DNA of 63,571 nucleotides, counting the filler, from Conidiobolus incongruus B7586 (lineage: Eukaryota), in the NCBI GenBank assembly GCA_000697335.1. It is 6 parts of 6 records of this genome, joined end to end, with 100 filler letters (N's around TTAATTAATTAA, not from the genome) between each part and the next. Parts side by side here need not be neighbours in the genome. Positions count along the whole stretch, not along the records: positions 30,659 to 52,460 come from JNEM01006167.1; positions 52,561 to 59,293 come from JNEM01006170.1; positions 59,394 to 62,208 come from JNEM01006175.1; positions 62,309 to 63,571 come from JNEM01006184.1; 2 more parts are not named here. One strand, given 5' to 3'. A model generated the notes under the pieces. That model saw only the letters and a program-made list of their open reading frames with translations, was not told where the DNA came from and ran no database searches. The translations under genes were made by a program, and so were the position numbers. Below are positions 51,159 through 62,388 of this stretch, piece by piece; position 1 is the first letter of the stretch, and each line of letters starts with the position of its first letter.

Positions 51159-52460
51159 AGCCGTATAATAATTATTAATTTGGATTATCACACTGTAGGT
51201 AAAGATTTCATATTTACACATTCTAAAATCAACAATTATACAATTAATTTTAAAATCAATTAAATATTATATACATCTCATTCAATTTTAAAAAATAACA
51301 TTGTTTTAATATAACTATATTTATAATCCTTAACTCAATTTATCTCAATCTAAATATATTTTTAAAAACACTATTATTCAAAACACAATGTTTTTTTACT
51401 AAATTTATTTCTAATACTGAATATTGATATTATTCGCATTATTCATATTTATATATTATAGTTAAATAATCTTGAATCTGCTTTCAACCTATATGATCTA
51501 ACTATTTTGTTAAACCATAGTCTGCTCATTCTAAAATCTCCAAACTTATTTAGAGACCAATTTTAACTTTAAATTCTCAAATTGAATTTGAACTAAAACA
51601 AAACTTTTGACTTATTTAAATTAGTAAATTTTATATAATTGTTAACATTAATATAAATTAGATAAGTACTAGTTAAATAATAAATATTAGGTTAATAGTA
51701 ATAATGAATAATTTTAATTTACTTATTTTTATTATTTAAAAAATCTTAGCAAAAAATACATTAATAAATATTTTAAAATATTAATAAAATTTATATAACT
51801 AATTTTGAAAATTTAATATAATATTTAAAACTATGAACTTAAAAGTGAATTGCTCAGTATATTTATAGTATCGATATATGTATTATTTATGTTTATTAGG
51901 TTGAGTCAAAAATCAATTAGCTATTAAATTATATATAATGTATATTATTAATAACCTTTACAAAATATTGAGTTTGAATAATTTTTAGAGTGAATTTTTG
52001 AAGTTATAAGGTTTAATATTTAGATAATATTTTAAATTAACAGTTTTAATAATATATTTTGATGATTATATGTAATAATCTTTGTGTTCCAATCCAAATT
52101 ATTATCATAAATCCTAATTAATACAGTTTTTAATATAATTTGGCCTGATACAGTTAACTCAAATGAGCACAACATTTTACTATCTAATTTTGATTGATTA
52201 TTTGACTTAGTTTCAAAGTAATTATTAAAATATTTCGCTACCTTAGACACTAAAGTCATAAAAATCAATACTAAATTTTTATAAAAATTTTCAACCAAAA
52301 ACAACAATATATCATTGGGTTAAAATAATTTAAATAAGTTAAATCAAATATTAAGATATATAAACTATATCTTGATAATATACTCAATCATTTTAATAAT
52401 ATTAATACTTGATATTTTATATATTTATTAATTTTAATATAAAAATTAATTTTTAATAAT

Positions 52461-52560
52461 NNNNNNNNNNNNNNNNNNNNNNNNNNNNNNNNNNNNNNNN
52501 NNNNTTAATTAATTAANNNNNNNNNNNNNNNNNNNNNNNNNNNNNNNNNNNNNNNNNNNN
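52461..52560. other. Assembly gap with linker
   Basis: N run with central TTAATTAATTAA. Confidence 0.98.
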
Positions 52561-53678
52561 ATAGTAATCATCAAAAGTTTTTTATTTTAGTATCAGTAAA
52601 ACTTAACCATAAACCCTCTAAAATTATTTAAAATTTACAAGCAGCTTTTAGTAATGAAGCATTATCTAAATTAACAATTTATTGCTGGGTAAATTACTTT
52701 AAAGCTAAGAGAGAAATTATTTAAAACCTGCTAAAATCTAAAAAATTAACTTTAACTATCACTCTTTCAATTGTAAATAGAGTGAAAAAATATATTGAAA
52801 AGCACCTTTTTATTTCAGCTAAAGAATTATTTAAGCACTTTAATATTAATCTTACAAGTATTTTATATATTTTAAAGTTTAAACAAAAATTAATAAATAA
52901 AAATATAAAATAGGTACCTTATAATTTAACTAAAGCTTAAAAAAAAGCTAGAGTAGTTATTGCTAAACAAAACCTATTGAAATATTACTAGAAGCCTAGA
53001 CTTTTACAGTAAATAATTGTAATTGATGAATCTTAGATCCTTATGTATAATCCTTTACTAAAACACAAATCAAAATGCTGGATTAAGCCAAATCAACTCC
53101 CTCCACAAATCCCTTTAAATAAACATTTTGTTAATAAGCAAATGTTTATTATTGTAATAGATTATAATAGTATATGCTATTCTTATTTAGTTCTTAAAGG
53201 AAAATCAATTAATAGTAAATTATATATTGCTTTTTTAAATAAAAGTATTTTTAATTGGTGTTCTCAATATAATTTGAGAAAACCTATTATTTTGAATAAT
53301 AATTGCAAAATATATAAATTTAAAGCTGTAAAAAACTTTCTAATTAAAAATAATTAGAAAAAACTACCACATCTAGTATATTCCTTTGATTATAACCTAT
53401 GTAATTATAATTGCTTTAAGCAATTAAAAAACCAGCTTGTAGGAAAGAAAATTTCTACAGGAAAATTTAATTGGTTTGTGAAACATCAAATTTCAGTCTT
53501 TAATAAAAAGAACTGTTTTTTAGGTGTTATAAGTTTGCCAAAAGTATAGCAAAAAGTTATTAATAATAAAAGAAACTATTAAATTTATATTATATATTTA
53601 TTTTTATATATCATATATTCAAATGTTTATTTATTTTTAATTGCAAAAAATTCCCATTATTAAAAATGCAGAGTAATA
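52561..53678 (+). mobile_element. Mariner (DD34D) transposon relic, copy A
   Basis: A single frame 52563-53582 (340 codons) with nine internal TAA/TAG stops. Recognisable motifs: *VPYNL (WVPHEL), IIVIDES*, ILNNNCK, LPHLVYSFDYNLCNY, LPKV*QKVI. Terminal repeat CCCATTATTAAAAATGCAGAGTAA followed by TA. Confidence 0.9.
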
Positions 53679-53840
53679 GTTAAATTTTTATATAAAAATA
53701 TAATATTAATTAAATTTAGTTTTGTTTTTAATAAATTATCCTTTTTTTTAAAAAAATTATTTTTTGTTTATCTCAATATTTATTTTTTAAAATAATTATA
53801 ATATTAATTATCTAATTTTATACCTGTCAATCAATTCAAA

Positions 53841-55178
53841 TCAGTGGAAAAAAGTACCCCATACACCTGGATTCAAATTCAAATTTTGTTGCTGGTTGAC
53901 GGTACCAGAGTTAACATCTTGGAGGGTTAAACCTCTGCGACGGAGTCCCCAGCCTCCAGCATTGATATGTTGTTGCTGGTTGACTGTGGGCGAGTTGACA
54001 TCGCTGACTTCGAGGCCACGACGCCAGAAGCCAAAACCGTTGCCGAGATCCAAGTTTTGCTGCTGGCTGACTTGTGGGGAATTGATATGTGAGACGGTTA
54101 AACCTCTGCGACGCTTGGCAGCTTCGTGACTGTGGCTGGTGGCATCTGAGGTAGATTCAGCTTGAGAATTGGCTTCCTCAGATTCCTCTTCGACATCAGC
54201 TTTGGGTTTGGCCTCCTTTTCCTCTGAAGTGGAACCTGCTTGGGGTTTCGATTCTTCTTCATCTTGGCTGGAACCACTGTCGGATCCGTCTTCTCCAGCT
54301 TCATCGGCTCCAGTATCACGACGGCGCAAGAAACCCCAACCGCTGCCAAAGTCAATGTTTTGTTGTTGGCTAACAGTCGGTGAATTAATATTTTTGACTG
54401 TTAGGCCTCTGCGGCCCAAGAATCCAAAGCCCCAACCATCGCTCAAAGCTTGCTGTTGGCTTACGGTAGGAGAGTTGACACCATTAACAGTGAGGCCACG
54501 TCTTGACAATTGATCATTAGCATTGATGACACCACCAGCATTGTCGAAGAAATTGTGGGTAATGGTATTAAAACCACCCCATCCATCGCGATCACCAACA
54601 TGTTGCTGTTGATTGATGATTGGATTGTTAGTGCTCATGAACTGACGTCTTCTCTTGTTGAAGCCGCTTGTAACACCTCCCACGTTGTTGAAAGTATTGA
54701 AAGTGACGGTATTGGCCCAGCCTCCAATACCTTCATCAGCGTTGATATCTTGCTGCTGGTTGATAATTGGAGAGTTGACACGGTCCAAGCCAAGACCACG
54801 TCTGTTGAATCCGTTACCGATGCCCGCGACATTATCAAAATTATTAAAAGTAACAGTATTGTCGCTGCCGAGACCGCCCAACAAGCCGTCGAAAGCGGTA
54901 ATATCTTGCTGCTGGTTGATTTGAGGACTGTTGACACTATTCAATCCCAATCCACGACGATTGAACCCACTGTTAACACCTCCTACATTGTTGAAATTGT
55001 TAAAAGTCACAGTGTTGTGACCGGCGCCCCAACCCCCGAGGCCGCCTAATAAACCATCATTCACATCAATATCCTGCTGCTGATTCACCTGGGGCGAGTT
55101 CACATCTTGGAGGGTTAAACCAGCTTGAACAGCTAACAAATAAGTAATAAAACTCAAAACAAATTGGTTGGATAGCAT
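53841..55178 (-). CDS. Secreted Kex2-processed repeat polyprotein (KEP), 445 aa: nine related Q/N/G-rich peptides plus one acidic spacer
   Basis: Signal peptide MLSNQFVLSFITYLLAVQA directly followed by the first repeat. Repeats GL(T/G/E)xxxVNSPxVxQQQ are separated by RR, RRR or KRRR. TATATAAA on the minus strand at 55271-55278. Intronless and GC-rich. Confidence 0.92.
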   Translation of the reverse strand: MLSNQFVLSFITYLLAVQAGLTLQDVNSPQVNQQQDIDVNDGLLGGLGGWGAGHNTVTFNNFNNVGGVNSGFNRRGLGLNSVNSPQINQQQDITAFDGLLGGLGSDNTVTFNNFDNVAGIGNGFNRRGLGLDRVNSPIINQQQDINADEGIGGWANTVTFNTFNNVGGVTSGFNKRRRQFMSTNNPIINQQQHVGDRDGWGGFNTITHNFFDNAGGVINANDQLSRRGLTVNGVNSPTVSQQQALSDGWGFGFLGRRGLTVKNINSPTVSQQQNIDFGSGWGFLRRRDTGADEAGEDGSDSGSSQDEEESKPQAGSTSEEKEAKPKADVEEESEEANSQAESTSDATSHSHEAAKRRRGLTVSHINSPQVSQQQNLDLGNGFGFWRRGLEVSDVNSPTVNQQQHINAGGWGLRRRGLTLQDVNSGTVNQQQNLNLNPGVWGTFFH

Positions 55179-57918
55179 TTTAAAATAATTGCAATAATTT
55201 ATAATTAAATTTAAATAGAACTTGGTATCAACTACGATTGTATATAGAAAAGCAGTAATACATTAAGGTTTTTATATATTGATCCAAGTTACTGCTATGG
55301 GATTGAAGCTCATACATAATTTACGATACCTCTCAATAGCTGGAAGGGATTTGATCAACTTGAAATTTTTTGTACGTAGATCTTTCCAATTATTAATTTT
55401 CAAACATTTAATTTTAAACTTGAAATTTTTCCTTATTTTTAATTTAATTATAACAAATTACTAATATTTTTTTGTTAAATTTAAAATATAATTAATAATA
55501 AAATAATTAAAGAATTATTATTAAGAAAGATCTTTTTTAATTAAAATAAATTTTATTTAAAAATAGGATAATTTAAACTATTCTAAGTGAATTAATGTAG
55601 ATATTTATTTGAAGATTTTCACAATATTAAAATTGAAAAATATAGTAATAGTATTAGAACAACAAACTCTATGTAATCATTCTTGGTTCAATATTATCAT
55701 ATGAATGAAGTGTATATAACTTTGACAAATAGATTTATATAAGTTAAAAGAACAATTTGGAAATAATCGATATTAGAAAATCATAAAGACAAATATATAA
55801 TTATATATAATAACAAATAATCTAATAAAATAATATTTTCAAATATTTCAAGGATCACAATATTAAAAATATTTATAATATGTAAAAATCATTTAATATT
55901 TATAACAAAATAATAATATAAAAAATTTTGAAATTAAAAAATGCTGAGATGGTTTGTTTTGAAAAAAAATTTAAATATTAATTTATATAAGAAAAATTAC
56001 TTAAATACTTTATGAATATTTGTATAATATAGTCAAATGTAAACAATTGATGGTTATTTTTATCTTAAGGATATTATAGAATATATTTGACCTAAAACGA
56101 TTTAAAAATTAGGACACATTAATGGAGAATAAAAACCTAGTCAAATCAAAATATTATGATACCATAAATCTGAATGATATTATAATCTCGTAGGATTTAA
56201 GTCCTTAATTTATATCAGCAATTGCATAAATAGCCAATTAATAACTTTTATTGAATCAATATCATTAAAATAATATTAATATCAATCAATATTATTCCTA
56301 AATTAAATATTATATATAATTATATAAATATAAATATTCAATATTCAGTATTTACTAATTTATTTTAACCTAATTATGTTGTAATATATTGTAAATTCTA
56401 CCAAATCCAAAATATAGCAAGATTAAATCCATATTTTTTCATATTTAATATTTAAATATTTAATTAAATGATATTATACTTAATTGATAAGTATTTAATA
56501 CATAATTTTTGGAGCATAATCTAAATATAAAAAATACTATTTTATATTTATTATTTTTTACAACGATTTCAAAGAAAAGTAAACATAATTAATTGTCAAA
56601 TATTTTTATCACCAACTATTATACTTTACTGAACTATAAATATTTTTAATATATTTACTATTCTAAAAAATTTAGTTTATATTGTAGAAAATTATATTCA
56701 AAAATTGAATTTATTTCTAATATGCCATAAGTTTAGTTAAATATATAATATTTTTTAATAATTATATAGTTTCTTATTAATAAAGATATTAAACGAATGT
56801 ATATTTAATCTTAATAAAAGAAGTTATTATTCTTGTCCTTTCATTTATAAATATTATTTAATATTTAACAAACTGTGGCAAAATGAATATATTAATTAAT
56901 CGAAAATGCGCCAATATTCAAAATTAAAAAACTATCGCATTATTTTCAACTAGTAATATTTTTATTTTATATATTGCGAATTTTTAGATAGTAATATATC
57001 CACAAGATAATATAAAAATTAAATAAAAAATTATGGAGAGTATATTTATTTAATCTTTCAAGTTAATGAGTTTAATAATTAATACTTAATTAATTTCAAC
57101 CTTTAATTTTATTAATATTTCCTAAAAATATATATATATATATAATATTTAAATGAATTAATATTTAAATTTTAAATTTAATAAAAAAAATTTTTAACAG
57201 AAAAAAATATATATTATTTTTCATTTTGAAATACTGAATTTAGAAAACTTATTCAAATAAATAAAGGGAAATTCAAATTTAATATTAAAATTTTAATAAT
57301 TTCGTATTTATTTCCTTTTTAATATTATATATACATACATACATACATACATATATACATATATACATTTTTAAATCATATTTTAATTTATTAATGCAAA
57401 ATTAATATTAATTTAATAAAATTTATTTCTATATCAAATTATTTACATATTAACTAATTTACTTAAAACAGTCACATTTTAATATTTTTTCAAAGTTTTT
57501 GATTGGACAATTCAAATTGAGGCGAAATGAATTTTTTAAATATTAAAAATATTAAAGGAAAAAATTTTAAGAACTCTGGATTAGTGCGGGGTATTGGGCG
57601 TCTGATTCAAGTTTAACAATGAATCAAATAACCCTTAGACATCCAGACTCCTACTATTGAACCAATCCAAATGGCATTAAAACTAGGGGGTGACTAATAT
57701 TGGAATGCATGGTTTAAAGAATGACGATTGAAACTAGGAAATTACTCAATTTACAATTTTTGGTAAATTGAAGTATTTCAGTTATCCACCATTGAAAATT
57801 TTAAAGGGTATTTAATGAGGTTGAAGATCTTCGATTATAAATTATCTTTCAATTGATTCAATTGTTGGTATAAATATAAATCAGAGTTTCAAGTGATAAT
57901 CGTTTTTTGTTCCCAATA

Positions 57919-58401
57919 ATGAAGTTAATCCAAGTTACATCCCTTTTATTCTTGAGCGCTGCTGTTTTTGCTCGCGATGGTGCTGACCACGATCACAGCG
58001 ATGGTGGCCATGATGCCACTCCAACTCCATCTGCTTCCAGTAATTCTGGCGCTACTGGACCTACTGCGACCCCAACCACTGTGACAGGTGGTAAAACATC
58101 TTCGGGCGGTGCTTCCGCTACCAGTACCCCATCTGGTGGTAACGGCACAGGTACAGGCGGGGGCAGTGGAGGGAATAAAGGGTCTAGCAATGCCAATAGC
58201 AGCTCGTCATCTGGAAGTAGTGGAAATTCGAGCAACAGTTCTTCCAAGTCAGGATCTGGGAGCGGAGGATCTAGTTCCAAGTCCAGTTCCAGCTCTAAGG
58301 CAAGTATATCTACCAGCGATGCCACCACTATATATTCCGTAGCTTTACCCGCAATGTTTTCAGCCCAAGCAATCACTTATATCGCTTTAAATTATTTTTA
58401 A
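57919..58401 (+). CDS. Secreted, probably GPI-anchored Ser/Gly/Thr-rich surface protein, 160 aa
   Basis: ATG at 57919 (the ORF-track start 57907 is TTG). Signal peptide MKLIQVTSLLFLSAAVFA, low-complexity S/G/T stalk, small-residue omega region (STSDA) and a hydrophobic C-terminus. Confidence 0.88.
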   Translation: MKLIQVTSLLFLSAAVFARDGADHDHSDGGHDATPTPSASSNSGATGPTATPTTVTGGKTSSGGASATSTPSGGNGTGTGGGSGGNKGSSNANSSSSSGSSGNSSNSSSKSGSGSGGSSSKSSSSSKASISTSDATTIYSVALPAMFSAQAITYIALNYF

Positions 58402-59293
58402 AATAATATGTTTTGATAATATAATATATATAACATACACTAATAAAATGATCTTTTTTAATTATATTTTGTTGAGATTTCAATTAGTTGAAATTTAATA
58501 CTTAATACTTAATTATGAGTAAATGTTTTTTTATAATCTTTTTTAATAATAATAATATTTTCATTATCATCAAATGAAGAAATAGTAAATAAATTTTATA
58601 AGAGCAATAATTTATTTAAAATATCAATATAAACCTAGTTTTTTAACCTTTACAATATTTTTTTCAATTTTATCTCTGATAAATTTCTCCTATTGGTTTA
58701 AATTATTAAATCACAATTATAATTTGATTCAAAAATCAATAATATAGATTAAATTATTTATTAATAATTCTTTATATATTCCATGATTTTTTATACTTGC
58801 ATTATTACTATCATTTTGAAGTTAAAGCCTATTTAATAATTTAAATAATTATGATTTGAAAATACAACATTTTTTAAAGAATATATTTTATAATATTAGT
58901 TTAAAAATAAAAAAATTATAATTTTTTTTAATTCTGATTTTTCAAACATATTATTCAATTTAAGTGATTAAATATATATATATATATAGTGTTGTAAAAC
59001 TTTGTTATTTAAAGTTCCATAGGTTTTAAAAAGATGAAAATTAATATTAGGGTTAATAATATTAAAAGTTATTTTTTAAAAAAATATTATCAAATTTAAT
59101 TATAAAAGGATTATAAATTAAAATATAAAACTAAATAAGATATTTGTTTTTATTGTTCTAAAAAATTAATATTTATATTATAAAAAATATAATTAAAATA
59201 TTAGTTTTATTTATTAAAACTTTATTTATTAATAAAAATATATCTTATTTTATAGATTATATTTATATGATATAATATATAAAAAATTAATAT

Positions 59294-59393
59294 NNNNNNN
59301 NNNNNNNNNNNNNNNNNNNNNNNNNNNNNNNNNNNNNTTAATTAATTAANNNNNNNNNNNNNNNNNNNNNNNNNNNNNNNNNNNNNNNNNNNN
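59294..59393. other. Assembly gap with linker
   Basis: N run with central TTAATTAATTAA. Confidence 0.98.
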
Positions 59394-59829
59394 AAACAAT
59401 TTCTAAATGGTGTTCTCAATATAAATTAAAGACACCTATTATTTTACATGATAATTGCAAAATACATAAAGTTAAAGCTATAAAAGATTTTTTATATAAA
59501 AAAATTGGAGGGAGTTACCACATCCAGTATATTCACCTGATTATAATCTATGTGATTATAATTGTTTTAGACAATTAAAAAAACAGCTTGCAAGAAAAAA
59601 AATTCCTGCAAACAAATTAAATTGGTTTATAAAACATTAAATTTCAGTTTTTAATAAAAAGAACTGTTTTTTAGGTATTAGAAGTTTACTAAAGGTATAG
59701 AAAAGAGTTATTAATAATAAAAGAGGCTATTAATTTTATTTTATTCATTAATTTTTATATATTATTTATTAATTTATTTGTTTAATTTTAATTTTAAAAT
59801 TGTGCCATTACTTAATTTCTACACTAATA
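59394..59829 (+). mobile_element. Mariner relic, copy B (3' part, least degraded motifs)
   Basis: Encodes ILHDNCKIHK and, after a small indel, WRELPHPVYSPDYNLCDYNCF. Ends TGCCATTACTTAATTTCTACACTAATA, a TIR variant that differs from copies A and C. Confidence 0.88.
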
Positions 59830-59849
59830 TTAAATTTTCTTTATTAATA

Positions 59850-61331
59850 TTATTTATTTAAATCCCTCTTTAAAAAAATTTATTTATATATTAATTAACT
59901 CTATAAAAAAATAAATTAAATTATTATATTATTAGAATTATTAATGTTAGTTAATTTATTATAGTTAAAATAGTTAAAAATAATATTAAAAATATATTTA
60001 AACTTAAACTTTAATATATTAAAATTATAATTAAATTTAATTATAAATATATTTATTAGTTAGTTAATATAAGTAAATATAATATTTTTATTAAAATACA
60101 ACAGGAATTATAAAATTATATCAGAATATTAGTTAATACTAATACTATTATTTTATAATTTAAATAATAGGAATTTTTTGCAATTGAAAAAAAATAAACA
60201 ATTTAATATATAAAAAGTAAAAATAAATATATATTATAAAATTAATAATTTCTTTTATTTCTAATAACTTTTTGCTATGCTTTTAGCAAAGATCTAACAT
60301 TTAAAAATTAGTTCTTTTTATTAAAGACTGAAATTTGATGTTTTACAAATTAATTAAATTTTTCTGTAAAAATTTTCTTTCTTGTAAGCTAGATTTTTAA
60401 TTACCTAAAACAATTATAATTATATAGGTTATAATCTAAAAAATATACTAGATATAGTAGTTTTTTCTAGTTATTTTTAATTAGAAAGTTTTTTATAACT
60501 TTAGATTTATGTATTTTGTAATTATCATGTAAAATAATAGGTTTTCTTAAATTATATTGAGAATACCAATTAGAAATAGTTTTATTTAAAAAAGAAATAT
60601 AAAGTTTACTATTAATAGATTTTCCTTTAAGAACTAAATAAGAATAGCATATGCTATTATAATCTATTACCATAATTAACATTCATTTATTAATAAAGTG
60701 TTTATTTAAAGGAATTTGTAGAGGGGGTTGATTTAGCTTAATCTAACACCTTGATTTATGTTTTAGCAAAGGATTATACAGAAGAATTTATAATTCATTA
60801 ATTATAATAATTTGCTATAAAAGCTTTAGTTTCTAGCTATACCTTAGTAAGTTTTGTTTAGCAATAGCTACTCTAGCTTTTGTTTTAAGTTTTAATTAAA
60901 TTATAAGGTACTTATTTTATATTTTTATTAATTAATTTTAATTTAAATATTAATATATATAAAATACTTATGTAACTAATATTAAAGTGTTTTGATAGTT
61001 CTTTAGTTGAAATAAAAAGATACTTTTCAATATAGTTTTTTATTTTATTAACAATTAAAAGAGTAATAGTTAAAATTAGTTTTTTAGATTTTAACAAGTT
61101 TTAGGTAGTTTCTTTTTTAGTTTTAAAGTAATTTACCTAGCAATAAATTGTTGATTTAGATAATACTTCATTAATAAAAGTTGTTTGTAAATTTTAAATG
61201 ATTTTAGAGGGTTTGTGGTTAAGTTTTACTATTACTAAAATAAAAGACTTTTTATGGTTATTATTTGGTTTAAATACAATTAAATTAAATAACTAATTTT
61301 AAAAAATTAATTTTTTAATCAAAAAAATTAT

Positions 61332-61368
<37 letters not shown>

Positions 61369-62208
61369 CAAAACTATTTATTTTCCTATTTGTTTTATAT
61401 ATATTTTATATTAATATAGATATCACTTATATTTTAAGAAAAAACACCTTTAATTAAAAAAATACTATTATAAAACAAAATGGGAGGTTAAATGTTATTA
61501 TTAATATTAAATTGAAATTAATTAAAATAAAGTTATTTAATTTAATAAAACAAAATTATATTTTAGTAAATTTAATAAAAACATTAAATATTTTAAGAAA
61601 GATATAAAATTATTTTATAATTATCATGTTAATTTTATCTAAAAATATAATAATAGGTTAAATATTATTTGAAGATATATATTATCTTTAAGTATAAAAT
61701 ATCTTTATAAAGTGAATAAGGGAATTAATATTAAAATATATTGGAGTATTTTAAAAAATAAATTGAAAAAACCATTAAATAATAAAAGTTAAATAAATAT
61801 AATATTATTTTCTAGTAAGATAATTCTTTTTGTTATATTATAACTTTTATTACCAATTAACTTAAAAATAACAAAATAATAATTATAAAGTAATTTTTTT
61901 AATTTTTTAACCTTAACCAAATTAAATATTTTTAGGATCAGTTAAAAAAAGCTATTAAAGTTTTTCCTCTAATAAAAAATTTAAATCAGCTTTAAAAATA
62001 TATTTAAAAAATATAAAACAAAATTAACCTTTTTTGATATAAAAAGTTAATTGATTTTATACCCTACAAATTTAAAAAAGTTAAAAAAGTTAAAGATAAA
62101 TATATTAAGTTTTAATTTTTTTATTATTAAAAACTTATAAATTTATAACTTACTTTAGGTAAAATTTAAATATTAATATTTTAACCAATTAATAACTAAA
62201 TATCATCA
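59850..62208 (+). mobile_element. Tc1-like (DD34E) relic, copy 1, interrupted by mariner copy C
   Basis: Segments 59850-60145 and about 61397-62208 are colinear with 62389-63470. The break is at a TA where mariner copy C begins. Confidence 0.8.
60146..61396 (-). mobile_element. Mariner relic, copy C, about 1.25 kb, inserted in Tc1 copy 1
   Basis: Reverse complement aligns with copy A; ORF fragments 60912-61097 and 60467-60682 match copy A peptides. The terminus TATTATTTTATAATTTAAATAATAGGAATTTTTTGCAATT matches the copy A end, mostly by transitions. The 61.3-61.4 kb end is approximate. Confidence 0.85.
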
Positions 62209-62308
62209 NNNNNNNNNNNNNNNNNNNNNNNNNNNNNNNNNNNNNNNNNNNNTTAATTAATTAANNNNNNNNNNNNNNNNNNNNNNNNNNNNNNNNNNNN
62301 NNNNNNNN
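62209..62308. other. Assembly gap with linker
   Basis: N run with central TTAATTAATTAA. Confidence 0.98.
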
Positions 62309-62388
62309 TTTTTTTAATAAATTATATATATATATATATATTAATATTATTATTATAAATTGTTATTTTAAATAATATTAGTATTAAA

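Noticed and set aside
6065..52307. Short I/L/N/K/F/Y-rich ORFs (6065, 6314, 14503, 14737, 19359, 49483, 52032 and similar)
   Set aside because: Expected by chance in very AT-rich DNA; many have non-ATG starts and none has a domain.
53841..55178. Dikaritin/ustiloxin-type RiPP cluster or pheromone precursor
   Set aside because: No DUF3328, tyrosinase or transporter genes in the window; the peptides are long, heterogeneous, Tyr-free and lack Ste13-type xA/xP spacers.
20618..62308. TTAATTAATTAA recurring five times within N runs
   Set aside because: Synthetic scaffolding linker with stops in all six frames; not biological. Adjacency across these gaps is unverified.
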